Source: Nageia nagi (lineage: Eukaryota > Plantae > Pinophyta). Taken from it: a stretch of DNA of 64,000 nucleotides. Position 1 is the first letter of the stretch, and each line of letters starts with the position of its first letter. Below, piece by piece: positions 25,746 through 40,287 of this stretch. The stretch is taken from the NCBI GenBank assembly GCA_050084985.1, contig JBITNC010000001.1:146568001-146632000 (forward strand). Direction: 5' to 3'. The position numbers and the translations under genes are program-made. The notes beneath the pieces were generated by a model. That model did not search any database. It saw nothing but the letters and a program-made list of their open reading frames with translations, and was not told the DNA's origin.

Positions 25746-28071
25746 TAGTTCTCTTAAACCTTCTTTAATTTTAGTTTTGTAATAAAGTTTTTAAAAATTT
25801 ATTTATTTCATGGTTCTAATGAAAATTTATACCAAAAACTTAATTATTAATTATAATTAATTTAAAAAAAATATAACATTTATATTGCTTGTATAAATTT
25901 TACTTTTAATAGTTTTGAATAGGTATATTAACAATGTGTATATATTTCAAAATTTTATTATATTTTTTATTTTACATGAATACATGGAATTTGATTAAAT
26001 GATTAATATTTAAAAAAAGATATCAGTATATTAAAGTTTTTTTTTTTTTGCAAAATGCTATCAAGAACTCAATATAAAAAGAGTTATTCTTCTATCTATT
26101 TTTATGGTCTAGTTGGTATAAATAATTACTATTCCATATGGTTTTTTTAAATATTTAATACTCGAATAGTGGATTTTCAAAGGGGTCCCGAAAAAACTTT
26201 TTATAACTATATAATTATTTAATATATAAAATTTTATAATTATCCAATGATATAGCCTATGAGAGATGAATCTCCAATGAATAACTAGACAAGGCTACAA
26301 AAACTATTTAAAATCCAATTATTGCTTTGAAAATGATCTCTCAATCATAAAAAAAGTGTATTAGGAGTAGCTAAGATTTTATATTCAAACTAAAAATAGG
26401 ATTTGAAACCCCATTTCTCTAGCGAATACCTTTATCACTATACAAATAAACCATTCAACCATAAAGTAGGGGAATCTCTTATAACTTAGTGGTGTATAAG
26501 ATTATTTCTACACATTACATTTTTACCACCTTAAAATATATATCCATATGTTAAGGAATGTTTGCTAGGTTCTCCAGTGAGGTTAAGATAAGGCCTCGTT
26601 TACCAAGTCTAGTTATAGGATAACATGATAAAAGTTTGAGCTAATATGGGATTCATAATTCAAACCATAACAAAATCAAATTATATACAATCAATGTTAT
26701 TCTATCAATATCTCCATCATTCTAGGCTTCCAAGGCCCCCACTATTATAGATATCTATTGTACCCATAGGATTTAACAAGTTGCAGATTAAGGATCATCA
26801 ATATCCATTGAAACCAATTTTATTTTATGTTCATCCTTTGAATATCGACTTCCCTAACTAGATCCCAAATCTCACCATTAAGGTGGACTTCAAATGACAT
26901 TCCCTATGGTAAGTAGAGTGATTAGGTGTCACTTCCCTTAATGGTATGGTGTATGCCTCCACTTGGGTTATACCCCTATGGGACCTAAGTTGTGCCAGGC
27001 ATAGGCCAGAGGGCTATGTTCTTACATGATGTACATACTTTTTAATAAAAAATTGATCATATTTAAAAAATTTGTGTGTATATATATATATTATATCACA
27101 TCAAATTAAAATAATAAAATTAATAAAATTAAAAATAAATAATTGTATATTAAAAAAATAGGGATCATTTGTAAATAAAATAGAGATATCTCAAAAAAAA
27201 AAAAGAAAAGGAAGTCTATACATTTGTTTTAACAAAAAAAGAAATTCTATTTTACTAAATAAATAATTCATTACAAAAATTATAGAAATTGAAGGAGAAT
27301 AGATTTAGGATTTATCTTACCTTGTTACTCTTGTTCCTAGATTTTTGCTTCACTTAGCCAACCATAGGCTCTTATACAATTGGAGGTGCAAAAAGGGAAA
27401 TAAAATTTTATATAAGTAATATTACATCAATAGATCAAGATAATAAGATAAAACCCTACTTTTTAAAAAATAAAAGAATGATAGCAAACCATAAGTTTTG
27501 AACACAATATATAACATACTATAAGTTTTTGAACACATTCACAATATATATAAGCTTCTTATAATAATAATTTTCATAATGATAGCAAAATAATATTATA
27601 ATAATTTTCTTAACAATTATGCAATCTATAGGAAGAGAAGAATGGATTAATTTCCAATATAACTTAATTAGAAATTTCTCCTACATTATTATAACTACTA
27701 CTTAGAGAGCATGAGATGAGTGTCTCATGAACTCTAAGTTAACAGTTTCACCACTATAAGAATATGCCACTTTCCATGCTATGTACCACCACATATATAC
27801 CAAAAGCCACCTCAAGTATGCTACACATAACCATATGCAGGCCTATCACATTACCATCAATGAGGATTTCAAAGCTAACTCACCTAGTTTTACTCAATTC
27901 AAAATAAATTCAATATCTAGCAAATATATTATTTAATAATAAATAATATCTTATTCAATACATAATAACATAGGTATATCTATTTTGTTATTATACACTA
28001 TCATTTAATATATCTTAGAGTATCAATACTATATATGTAATTTGTAATATAAATACTTAAATATTAAATAT
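25615..28071 (+). repeat. Core flank module; copies at ~14105-14570, 18614-20736, 39940-40170, 43145-45168, 57853-60204, 62450-63281
   Basis: Shared landmarks gagatgaatctccaatgaataactag, cattctaggcttcc, ctatgttcctacatgatg, an (AT)n tract, and actacttagagagcatgagatgagtg, in the same order. Confidence 0.9.
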
Positions 28072-30725
28072 TGAGGTTTATAATATAAACTCAAACAACA
28101 TCAACATTGAAGAGATGAATAAACTAAATACAACTATCATTCATAAAATCTAGATAAAAAATAAGGTGAATATATGAACTATATTAATTGACAACAAATA
28201 GATTACACATAGTACAATATAGCCGAAACTATGATACATAATGGAGAAAATAAAAGAAAACTTAAAGCTACAACTTACAATAGATCAATACTCATCCAAT
28301 ACAATAATCATAATTAAAAAGAATGAATAACTATCCTAATTATACCTCAACTCTAATATTCATGAGGAATTTGTTACAAGTAGGATTCTCACATTACATA
28401 TTAATTACAATTAGAAAAAAATTATAACTAACTCCTCGAATTATCATTCTAGTAAGAACTGTAGTATTGATACTAGTGTTAGAGAGAAGCATTGCATTGG
28501 TTCACACATGATTTTTTTAACTTTATAAATACTCATCCTTAATGCTTCTAAAATCATAAGGGGTTTCTCACCTTCAAAAATTATTATTTAGCCACTTCTT
28601 TTATAAAGCATCTACTAGTTGATCATGAGTGCTACAATATCTTAGTTTAATTCAGTATTTTCTCCACCATATCATGAATAAAATGATATTTCAATTCAAA
28701 TGATTTAATCTTATATGATGGACTAGATGTTGTGCAAAGTGAATGACATTGAAGTTTTTACAAAATAGTGAAGTAGGTTTTTCTTGCTTATCACCTATCT
28801 CCTCCAAAATCTCTTGAGACCATAATGCTTTAAGCACATATGAAAGTGAGTGTTATATATTTTGCTTTAAATGAGGAGAGTGCCATTGATATTTGCTTCT
28901 TCAAGTTCCATGTGATTAATAAAAATCCTAAAAAAAAACTAATTACATTAAATAGATATTCAATCATCTAAACTTTTTCCCAATCTAAATCACTAAAACC
29001 AAATTGCTCCATTCTCTTAGATTGAATTTAATGATCCCATAATCAAGATTACTCTTCACATACTATAAATATTATTTAAACCTCAAATGTAATAAAGATG
29101 GATCACTCATATACCTTGCAACATTGAGATAACATAAGCAATATATAATCTTATATTGGTAGAAACATTAATATCCCAATAATTTTCATAAATTCCTTTA
29201 GAATTACTTTTTATCCCCATTGTATTTACATAACAATACAATATGAGCAACAAGTGTAGGGATTAATTTACAACTTTCATCCCATACTTCTTTGATATTA
29301 AATCAATTCCATATTTGATTTAATAAATAAGTATGTTTATTATTTTGATATACTTATTTACTAATAAAATAGTTTATAATCCCAAAATATTTTATTTCAA
29401 ACTCTTGCATTATATGAACCTTGAATCTCTCATTCAAAATAGAGATGCTACCCATATAAATCAAGTCATTCATATTGAAACTACAACTGGGAATTCGCTA
29501 TCTTCTTTCTTGATATATAGGGTAGGTTCAAATTTTCTCCTTTTGAATCCACTCTTATGAAGTACCACAATTTTAGTTTAACCAAGCTCTTGGATCTTTC
29601 TTAATACTTTACACTAACCTTTTTCACTTTTAACGTAAAACTCTCATATATAAGTACCATTTAGGAATGCATTTTTGACATCTATATGATGTATAGTCTA
29701 ACATTTATGAATATCAAGGAAAGTACCATTCTAACAATTTCTTATCTTCTATAGGAGAAAATATATCTTCATGATCAATCTCATATTCCATGTGGATTTA
29801 TTAGCAACCAAACTTGATTTAAATATTTGAAAAATCCAATCCCTATTATATTTAGTATTGTAGACCCACATGGATCAGAAAACACTTCTTTCCTTTGGGA
29901 AGCTCACACAACTCCCAAGTATCATTTCTAACAATGGAATTGATTTCATCCTTCATAACTTGCAACAAAAAATTATTAGGACAAGAATGTTCATAGAAAC
30001 AAGGCTAAAATATAGTAGTAGAAAGCAAAGCATAATTTATCATGTCACCTTTAGGTTCACCATCCCCTTCATTCCATACATTGCATATTCTTAAGTCTTT
30101 GAATAACTTAATCCATCTCTTTTGCTTGGAATCTAGTCATCCTTGTTTAACAATGTTTATCCAATACTTGATAGGGTGATAGATTTGAAGTGCTTTAACC
30201 TCCTTCTTATTCTTCTCACTTTAGAGAAAATGTTAGATGACTCTCATTAGAATAAGGGATAGATTTATTTCTCTTTGGACTATTAGATTATCCCCTTTGA
30301 AGGAGGACTAGGTGGAAAATTATGATTGTTGGTGCTACCCCCATTATTGGTTTTGGACCTTGTACTAGCATTAGATCTAGAAGAAGTAGAAGATTGCCAT
30401 AATTTTCACCCACCTAGTTTAATATTTTATTGCATCTTATTCCAAAAAGAAGAACTTGAATGATTCTCTAAATTGGTTCCATCATCAACATATATATTTT
30501 GATGACTATAGACTTCCCTTCATAAAAAATGATATCTTTTGATAGAATAGGCTTCCTAGTTTTATGATTGTAAATCCTATAGGCTTTTATCTTCTCACAA
30601 TAGCCAATGAAAATGAAAACATTTACACTTTGCATTAAAATTATTCCTCAATTAATTAACTACATGATAAAATATTTGTACAAAAAAATTTGAAATGATT
30701 CACATTGGATTCTTTTGATACCAAG
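28072..30725 (-). mobile_element. Partial copy of the same Ty1/copia element
   Basis: Full 3' LTR plus RNase H and RT, co-linear with 45169-47918. Breaks at the same gataccaag junction as the copy ending at 4179. Confidence 0.92.
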
Positions 30726-30764
30726 ACTTAGTGCTTATAATATGCCCAAATTGTATCTCTAAAA

Positions 30765-33700
30765 TGCATATAACTTTCTATCAACATTATCTAAAGGAAT
30801 TCAAACCTTTAGCTAAAGTTTAAACTTTCATGTTCTTAAACAATGTCAACCATGAAATTCTAAGGATTCAATTAGTTATCTTCCAATAATTTACTATTTT
30901 CATTGTACAAATAATTCTTTTGAATAAATCAAAACATGTTTTGACAAAGAAGGAGTTACAAACTTAGGTTTAGCTCATATTTTCACTTCTAAGAGACAAA
31001 TTAGAAAATAAAATTGATGTATTCTCCTAGTTCAAGAATCTTTGACTTGATTCTCCCTTGGGATTTTGAAATATTTCCTATTTGGAATATAAGTTTAACA
31101 TCAAGGTTTACATGATACACTTATTTAGAAACAAAATTTGGTTCAAAACTATGCAAATTAATGCATATAATCTTTGAAGTGAAGAATAAAATTTCCTTCC
31201 AAGGAAGATGTTAAATTCCTTAAGTCATAACATACATTTTTCCACCCACATAAGGTTTCTTGAGGAAAATTTATATCACAAGAAAATAACTTTTCCCAAC
31301 TTTAATTTCAAAATATTTTTCTACTTGTTTTAACTAAGGTTTTTAATCTTATCATTGAATAACATTACCTCATATTAAAAGTATTCCATTTTGAAATACT
31401 TTACCAAAATAAGGTCCAAAGTGTTATCCATGACCACTTTCAAACTAAATTTTCATTTACTACCAATTTTCACTATCTCATAGGAAATGGGAAATAAAAT
31501 TTTTACTTATGGAAATCTAATTTAAATAGAAAATGAATTAATTCTTTTTCCTGTAGTCATCAAATTCCCAATGCAACTTTAGTGAACTTGATGATATCTT
31601 TAATGATGACCATCCATGAACTATACATCTAATCCTTGTGATTCTCTATCATCTATCCTAGATACAAATGCTTTTAAATCAACATTTATCCTACATTCAA
31701 TCCTTTTGATTCTCAATCATTGATCCTATATGAAAATACTTTTAAATCAACATTTATTCCTCTAATTATAAACCTATCAGGTATAGCTATTCCTCTCATG
31801 AATAATTTCCCATTTGATGTGTAGTCTAGTGAGATCCTTTATACTTAATCTTTGTTTTGATAACATCTAGTAGTTTCTTGTCATATGGAAACTAACCTTA
31901 TCATATCATTCACCATCTATGTTGACATGGTTATTTTTGTATATCCAATTTTGAAAATAATCCGAAAAGATAATAGCGAAATGCTTTTACAAAAGTACAA
32001 ACAGCAACAAAAATACTAGTTCAAATTTACATAGCTAAATCTAAGTTATAAGTGTAAATACACTAATTTTGTTCAAACATTCACAACAAAATTAACTACT
32101 TATAAAGAATAGACTTCATCTTTTCTCCATAAGGTTTCTTGAAATGTTGTTACAACTATATGCTGACAACATCTAATTGTTTCCTCTAATAAATAATTAC
32201 CATAAGTCATAATTTACATCTAATCTTTTATAAAAATTGTGAACATTCATTGTAACCTATTTTGCGAAAGAAATTGTAGGATACCAAGCTATTTTAATAG
32301 AAACATTTATATCAAATGTTAGTTCATCCCAAATATTCATCATTTTAGAATTACTCAAAGTTAGTTTCCTAAATTCAATCTCTCAATGTTATTCAACCTC
32401 TCAACCTTTCCCATTCATTTCAATAAATAAAATTAATAAGAGTTCAACATATCAAGAATATACCATCCTTTATTATTTAGCCATATTTTTAACTAGATGC
32501 TAACTTTATGGTTATCCATTCCTAGATAGGATGAATGGATTATTGTGAAATAATGTAATACATACTTATATGTTGAAAGCCATGTTTGATGTTGAGAATA
32601 AAGATACTTTGGATCTGATGTCTTTAAAGAAATAGGGCTATGCCAAAGATAAGGCTATAAATTTTAGGAATATAATGATGGTATATTCTTGATATGTTGA
32701 ACTCTTATTAATTTTATTTGTTGAAATGAATGGGAAAGGTTGAGAGGTTGAATAGCACTAAGAGATTGAATTTAGGAATCTAACCTTGAGTAATTCTAAA
32801 ATGTTGAATATTTGGGATAAAACTAACATTTGATATCAATGTTTCTATTAAAATAGCTTAGTATCCTACAATTGCTTTAGCAAAAGAAGTTACAATGAAT
32901 GTTCACAATTTTTATAAAGGATTAGATGTAAATAATAACATATGTTAATCATTTATCAAAGGAAACAATTAGATGTTGTCAGCATATAGTTGTAACAATA
33001 TTTCAAGAAACCTCATGGATAAAAGATGATGTCAATATGTTTCCTCTAATAAATAATTACCATAGGTCATGATTTAAATCTAATATTTAATAAAAATTAT
33101 GAACAGTCATTGTAACATCTTTTGCTAAAGCAATTGTAGGATACAAAGCTATTTTAATAGAAATGTTGACATCAATTGTTAGTTCATCCCAAATATTCAA
33201 CATTTTAGAATTACTCAAATTTAGATTCCTAAATTCAATCTCTTAGAGTTATTCAACCTTCAACTTTTCCCATTCATTTCAATAAATAAAATTAATAAGA
33301 GTTCAACATATTAAGAATATACCATCCCTATATTCCTAAAATTTACAGCACTATCTTTGGCATAGCCCTATTTCTCTAAAGACATCAGATTCAAAGTATC
33401 TATATTCTCAACATCAAACATGGGTATTAACATATTAGTATGTATTACATTATTTCACAATAATCCAATCATCCTATCTAGGAAATAATATTAAGAAAAG
33501 TAAATTTAAAGATCACTCCACATGTAAAATTTGACAAAGCAAGAAATGAAAATAAATATTTTACAATCAATATTCTCTTCAAGATGTTCATACCTATATC
33601 CATCATCAAGCATACCTAAACCTATCACATACTTACAAAAGGTAGTTAGCCCAATAGGTCCAAGCATTTTAACTTGAGCTTTGATACCAATGTAAGAAAC

Positions 33701-35563
33701 TAAAAATCTCAATCATAAAATGTTTCTTTGGACTACTAAAGTTTATTCAAACATTGGGTGATAAGTTTCATTTGCCTTTGATTTATTTCTCATAGGCATA
33801 AATTTACCATGCATTCATATTGATTGAAACTAGATAATCATTTATTTTACTCATACATACCCATTAATCATGATAATAATACAACTTTCAAAATAATTGA
33901 AGCAAAATAATCCAATCATCAAGGCATTCCCATAACCAAAAATTTTACCTAAGCTTGGAAAAAACCCTATACATTTCTGCTCTAGGTAAACCCTTGGTAG
34001 CTATGCTACATAACAATATTTTTTTATTAACCATAAAAAATATTACAAATCTTATCTTCAACCATGTACATACTTCCTCAATCTTTAGTTACAACTAAAT
34101 CAAGATCTTCCTGATCTTATCCATGTACCATCTAACCAAATAGTTGATTTTGTACAATATGTGACCTCATACATCACATAGATTTCAAGGCAATTTCCAA
34201 TAATGCATAAAATACCGTATACAGTTACCTAATCACATAAACAAAACCAATGAAATATAACTAGTACAAGGTATCATCAATCCATTACAAGTGCAACATC
34301 AAGTACTAAGGATCCAACACAAAATGATCCACCATGCACCAAAATATCATCATTCATATATAGACCCTATAACTAGTCAAAGTATAATCATCAAGATAAT
34401 ACCATGAGCTTGACTATGTTACCATTAGATGCATATCAATTTGCTTTATTACCTTAAGAAGTAGACAATGATGTAAAAATGCTAAACTCATATCAATACA
34501 CAACATCACTATAATATAAGAAGCACTTAAACAAATGTACTATGCATTAAATATCCATAAATATTTGGATACCATCAAATATGGAAGTATGCCATAACAC
34601 ATATCAGCCATAGATATCATGATAGCATCACAAATGAACAAACATCAATAGTATGTAAGTCTTTATCAAGACATTGACTTTTAAAAGTTTACAATGTATA
34701 CTATTATAATATAAGCACTTATGTTAAAAATAAGAAACATAATAAGTCCAAATAAACCAATATGTATGATATTATAAATGTATTTCAACCAATAATACAA
34801 GTTTCTCAATAATAGTGCAAGTCTTCAACTAGTAATCCAAGTTACTATCTCAACAACATAATTGCATCTTGTTTTCCTATGTTGTTTTCATATTAGTTAG
34901 TAACACTATCTACCTTGTTCAGCCATATAAATGCATATATGTATCGATATTATCCTTGAATCGAATAATAAAAACAAGTTACTATTTCAAATAATAAAAT
35001 GGTTTAATGCTCTTTTTTACAATCTTCCTATAGTCTATTTTTGTAGATCAGATTAAAGAAAATATTTAAACTCTATTTTTAAATAACTTTGCATTTTGAA
35101 TAGTATCTAAAACATACTTTCAAATGATACAATACATATATAAATTAAAAATATAAAAAAAAAGTTATACAAATGTCAACTTGGCTCTTTTTTATAGTTT
35201 TGAAAATGCTAAAAAGGGTTTTTGAGATTCCTACAATAAGAAGTAAACAACTCCATTTTAGATAAGTTTTATATCATTGGAAATAGAAACGATAGATCTT
35301 TCCAATGGTGAAAAGTACATAAACAACCAAATAGTAACATAAAAACTACAACCTTCTAAAATGCACAGTTTAATCTCTTTTATAAAGAATTAGATACACA
35401 CAAAACCAACTACACCTTTTGGAAAAATAACTTGTTTTCAATTTTGATTACAATTGATGTAAAATGGGGTATTATAATAATTTTTTAGTCTAACTATCAT
35501 CACTAATACAAATTTTTTTTTGATAAAAATTAGGTTTTCTCTTAATAAATATATATTTTGTCA
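30765..35563 (-). mobile_element. Decayed Ty3/gypsy-like LTR element, copy B
   Basis: PBS relic gctttgatacca at 33678-33689, then TGTAAG LTR start at 33691. Minus strand 31400-31620 gives frameshifted relics FLFKLD and MDNTFGPYFGKVF, similar to gypsy FSKLDL and MN.IFRPYLGKFV. Co-linear with 4220-8980. Confidence 0.6.
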
Positions 35564-36699
35564 GTATGTTAGGTAAAATGAAATCTAGAAAGGGAAAGAA
35601 AGATCAAAAGAATGTAAAGGAAGAAATTATTACTGACCTTGTAGAAGTAAAATATGATACCATCCTGTAAAGTTTCTTAAACTTACAAAAGGAAAAAGGA
35701 AAGAAAAAGCTACAAGAAGTAGCCACTTTAGGAAAGGGAAATAAAATCATGATCATCAAACCTAAAGTAAAATGAAATTTTTTTCACTTCTATGGAAGAA
35801 ATGTTCCTACCCTCACTCCTAAAATCATTGATTACCTTCAATATCATCATCAAAAAATGTCATTTTCTGATGAGGAACCTAAAGAAATGATTGGTAAGAA
35901 AGATCCAACTAGTAAATGAGGATGAAAGGAATGGAAAAAATCATTTTATGTACTAAATAATACTAAATCCTTCCTAAATGTATTGTTCATTATCCCTTTT
36001 ATAAAATAGAAGTCTCTTCCTTGGAAGTACATAAAAAAGTTTTACTATCAAATAAGAGTGGACGGATTGTAAAGATTTAAACTTTATTATTAGTTTCCAT
36101 TGAGAAACTCAATGGCTAGTTATCTTAGTTAAATAATTATGAATCAACATAGTACAATCTATTAATAGATAATTCAAAATCAAAGAATTGTGAAGCCTAA
36201 TCTGAAAAGCTATATATAGCGGAATTAGGAATATAAGATATTGCATTAAAAAAAATGGCTTGAAAATGATAAAATAAGGTAAATAAATGAGAAAGAACAC
36301 AATTTCCTTATTATTTAGAAATTGTAAATGAATATATACTTTCCCAAGGAAGACATTGTTACCAAAGCATCCATGAGACAATAAGAGATCTTGAGCTTTC
36401 TCATGGTGAGATTGAAGATGGAACCATGTAACCCAAGAGTCATATCAATAGTGCATTATAAGGTGCAAGTAAAATTACCCTCCAAGTGAGACTAGGATAA
36501 AAAAATAAGTGAATATGAGAAAGAAATGTTCCTTAGTTTGAAGTTGTGTAATCACACAACAATAGATGTTTTTTAGAGGATAAAGGGTAACAATGGCTAG
36601 ACTGAAGAAGAAGAAAATCCATTACCTCTAATGAACATCATAATAAAAAATCATAAATCCCACCATGAAAAATATTTTCTTGAATTTCATTTGAAAGAG

Positions 36700-39600
36700 C
36701 AATGAGGCATGCAGCAAGATGATATCTCCAATGATTCACAGCGATGCATTTTTCAATGCATCTAAAATCAAGAAATCCTACCTATAAAAATTACATCTAC
36801 CTATATAGGAGATAACTACTAAATGATAAAATGGTGTATGAAAACACTCGAATGAGTGGATGAAGTGAAAATTCACATTAAATATCCATTGAGGAATTAT
36901 GGATGATGAGAAGCTGTACTCTCAAAAGCATAACTAAAAAGATACTAAGGGAATTATTGAAAGATATTATGCCAAATAAATGCACGATATGAGACTATCT
37001 TTATATATGTACAATGTGACATCTCAACAAAAAGGGGTTAATACTTCTTAGATGACTTTACTTATGAAATCATAGTGAAAAGAAATTATCAAGAATGATA
37101 ATATAGGCTATTTTAGAGAATTAATATTTATGGTAACAATTGAAAAATGTCAAAGAATAGATAAAGCATCTTTGATAGGAGCATAAGGAATGTGAAAAAA
37201 TTTAGAATACCACTTGTTTAAAGAGAAATAAGTTAATGATTAAGTTCATCAAATAAGAAAGAAATCTTATTCATAATATTCAAAGTGCACAAGAATAGGC
37301 ATTTACACACCTTAGTACCTCTTTGTAAGAAATAGAAAAGTGAAAAATGTAGGCACAAAGGTATGAATAATTATTATTTCAACATGGCATTCATGTAACA
37401 TGAAGTCACCCGATGATAAGGGTGAAAATGTATCTCTAATGGAGATTCAAATGGGAGAAAGTCTCCATTTTTCTAAACTATTAATCAATTTAAATAAATT
37501 ATTATTGATAATGAGTACTACAAATAATTGTTTAGTTTCATATGTATTTTCAAAAATGTGAAAAGTAGGGAAATTTCTAAAATGCTAATGATTATTTGCT
37601 TATCTTTTGGGTTTGCTATAAAGCTTTAATAGGAAATCTTTAATGAATTCCTTATTTATATACAAACCTATATAAAGATAGGTCAATAAAGAAATTTTTG
37701 ATGACATTGAAAGTGCATTTCTATGCTAATAATTCATCATCAAAGCAAAATGAAGAGAATCTCTTCAGATTTAGAGAGATACTTTTAATCAGGAAAAGAT
37801 TAAGTTGATGATCAAGCAAGTTTAGTTGGTCATTGTAAACAAAAAGTTCTAACTTGTTCAATCTATATTTGAAATAAATTGAATTTTGACAAGAAATTTA
37901 GAAGCAATCTTGACTTTATCTCAACTTGAGATAAATGCAATGTTCAACTAGGGTTATATTCTTGATGATGACTATGTTATTATTATTTTTAAGCAACAAT
38001 GATTATTTGGTTAGAATTAATTATTCATTTTATTTTGAAAAATAACTATTTGAAATACTATTGTTGATGATACTTATTTTGAATGAAAAATAAGATGATA
38101 TGAATCTATGTGTTCGATTCAAATATCATGTGCTTGAGATCCTAACTAAATAATAATCTAGTGTAAATCTCAAATGAATAAGGTGAGATAACATATATGT
38201 TTCAAAATATTGAGTGAGGATCTATTGAAATGATAATAAAACATGTGATATGGAAGTTATCACTTCTAAAATACATTTGGGTTCCCAAGACATGGGCACA
38301 GGGGCTCAAACCACTAGGGATACTAACCAATAGTTATGAGAAGGTTAGTTATCTTACATTAGGAAAAGAGGTAGTAACTAAGAAATATGTACTATATATG
38401 ATAGTAGTATAAGTTGGAATTATTTCTTTATGATGGATTAATGATTGGGAATGATGGTTATTCTAGGGGTGATGTACTTTATCCATGGTTTAGTTGAAAA
38501 TATGTCATGTGTGTATGATCTTATTTTGGATTAATATTATCTTGGGTGATATGAGCCCCAAGATGAAATTGAAACACTAACCCTATGATCAAACAGGCTT
38601 CTATAATTGATTAGTTAGTAAATAGCAATAGTGAGATCATGTTATTATATTCAACCTAATCTATAGATGGTTATGGTGGTGATATCTAAAAATGAAGGGG
38701 TTGATCAATTCTGGTAGTTGATCAACTTAACCCACTTTAGGGTCAATTGGCCATTGATCATGACTCAAGGTGGTTCATCTTAACATCCCTTGAAAATGTC
38801 AAATCAGGTGTAAGAATTTGGAACACCATGAATTGTGATCTCAAGAAATTAATAGGAGAAGAAACATAAAGGATCATGTTACTCCTAAGGGAAAATTATG
38901 TAACGACCCACCCAATGGCACTATTCAACCTTGATCACCATCAAGGATGTGAATGAAACTATGTTTAAATTATTGCTATGTGATGATCAATTTTAAGTGT
39001 AAATATGCATTATTATTATTTAGTTAATGCTAGCTTTAAGATTATATGATGCAAGTAATAGGTTACTACAAGATGAAAGGAGAAATTCAAGACCCAACAA
39101 ACAAAAGGTGAATTAGTGATAGAAATGAAAGGATAAGAGGAGGAAATGACTAGCATTGAATAGCTGATACACCCTATGACTATCATAAATCATATAGTTG
39201 TATGTAGAATAATTGTTATGACTATCAAATTTTTAATGAAATTATACTTACTAATGTATATGGATTAATCTTGCCCTGCAAGATGAGCTAATCGTTGTAG
39301 GTAAAGATGTGTTTTCCCTTGTTTGGTATTTTTGAAATTCAAAATTTGAAATGAAGGGGAAAAGGGAATATACCTTATTTAAATCTAAAAATTCATACAA
39401 GCTTAGAAACATAAATTTAATATGGTAAAAATTGAATATGAGTGTCTATATTATTACCACATAGGACTAATAGTAAAAACACTATTAGATAGAGACTAAG
39501 GTCTCCCTTATAGTATTACAAGATATTTAATGGGTAGGAAAATAATGAAGTAATAACCCTACTTAGTTTTTTTTTGTGTTAGATGTGGATAATAGTTGGC

Positions 39601-39930
39601 GCTAATTTGTTAGTTAATAAAAAATATTTCAAGGTATTTAATACCATTTCAATCATCAATAACTTAAAGCAAACCTACCCAAAAATTATTAAAATTTTGA
39701 GGAGACATCTTTATGGACACACTTGAACCCCTTTAGATATAAATAAAGGAGTAGAGCATTAGAAAAATACCTACCTATCTATCTTTTATTATTCTTAAGC
39801 TTGGGTGTTGAGTTACATGATGAAAAGAAGTCTCTCTTCCCTCTTGAAGTCAAGGAGCATTATTTTACATTTTTTTACCTAATTAAATTAGTCCTATTTT
39901 TGAGGTATTTAATAAGTTGTATGAAAGTAA
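36700..39930 (+). mobile_element. Very decayed Ty3/gypsy (CRM/chromovirus-like) remnant
   Basis: Plus-strand relics in gypsy order: gag-end (MGESL..., DNEYYK*LFSFIC ~37450-37550), integrase (LKKLIGEET*RIMLL ~38840-38890), integrase C-terminus (ILTNVYGLILPCKMS ~39245-39290), then a purine tract and TAATG (TGATG-like) LTR start ~39544. Similarity judged by eye only. Confidence 0.45.
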
Positions 39931-40222
39931 AGAAGTAATAAAAATAATAATATTATACAAGTAATATTACATCAAGAAATGAAGATAATAAGATAAAACC
40001 CTACTTTTAAAAAAATAAAAGAATTATAGCAAACCATAAGTTTTGAACACTTTCACAATATATATAACTTTCTTATAATAATAATTTTCATAATGATAGC
40101 AAAGCAATATTATAATAATTTTCTTAACATTTACGCAATCTATAGGAAGAGAAGAATGGATTAATTTCTAAAAATAATTTGAATATATAGATATTATCAT
40201 TAGTTTTTTAATATTGAATTAT

Positions 40223-40287
40223 ATATGAATTTGAATTATTGATGTTTTGATTCTAATATGTTGGACCCATCTTCAAAATTACTAAAT
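40223..40287 (-). ncRNA. 3' pseudo-LTR repeat of the PLE with a degenerate minimal hammerhead ribozyme
   Basis: Minus strand 40276-40241 reads tTGAAGA-T-GGGTCCAA-cata-TTAGAATC-AAAA-CATC. This is the hammerhead core CUGANGA-stem II-GAAA-CGUC with CG->CA decay. Direct repeat of 42562-42626. Confidence 0.7.

Noticed and set aside
35565-36400. Lysine-rich reading MLGKMKSRKGKKDQK and ORF 36109-36381
   Set aside because: Short, stop-ridden and low complexity. Possibly retroelement-derived but unassignable.
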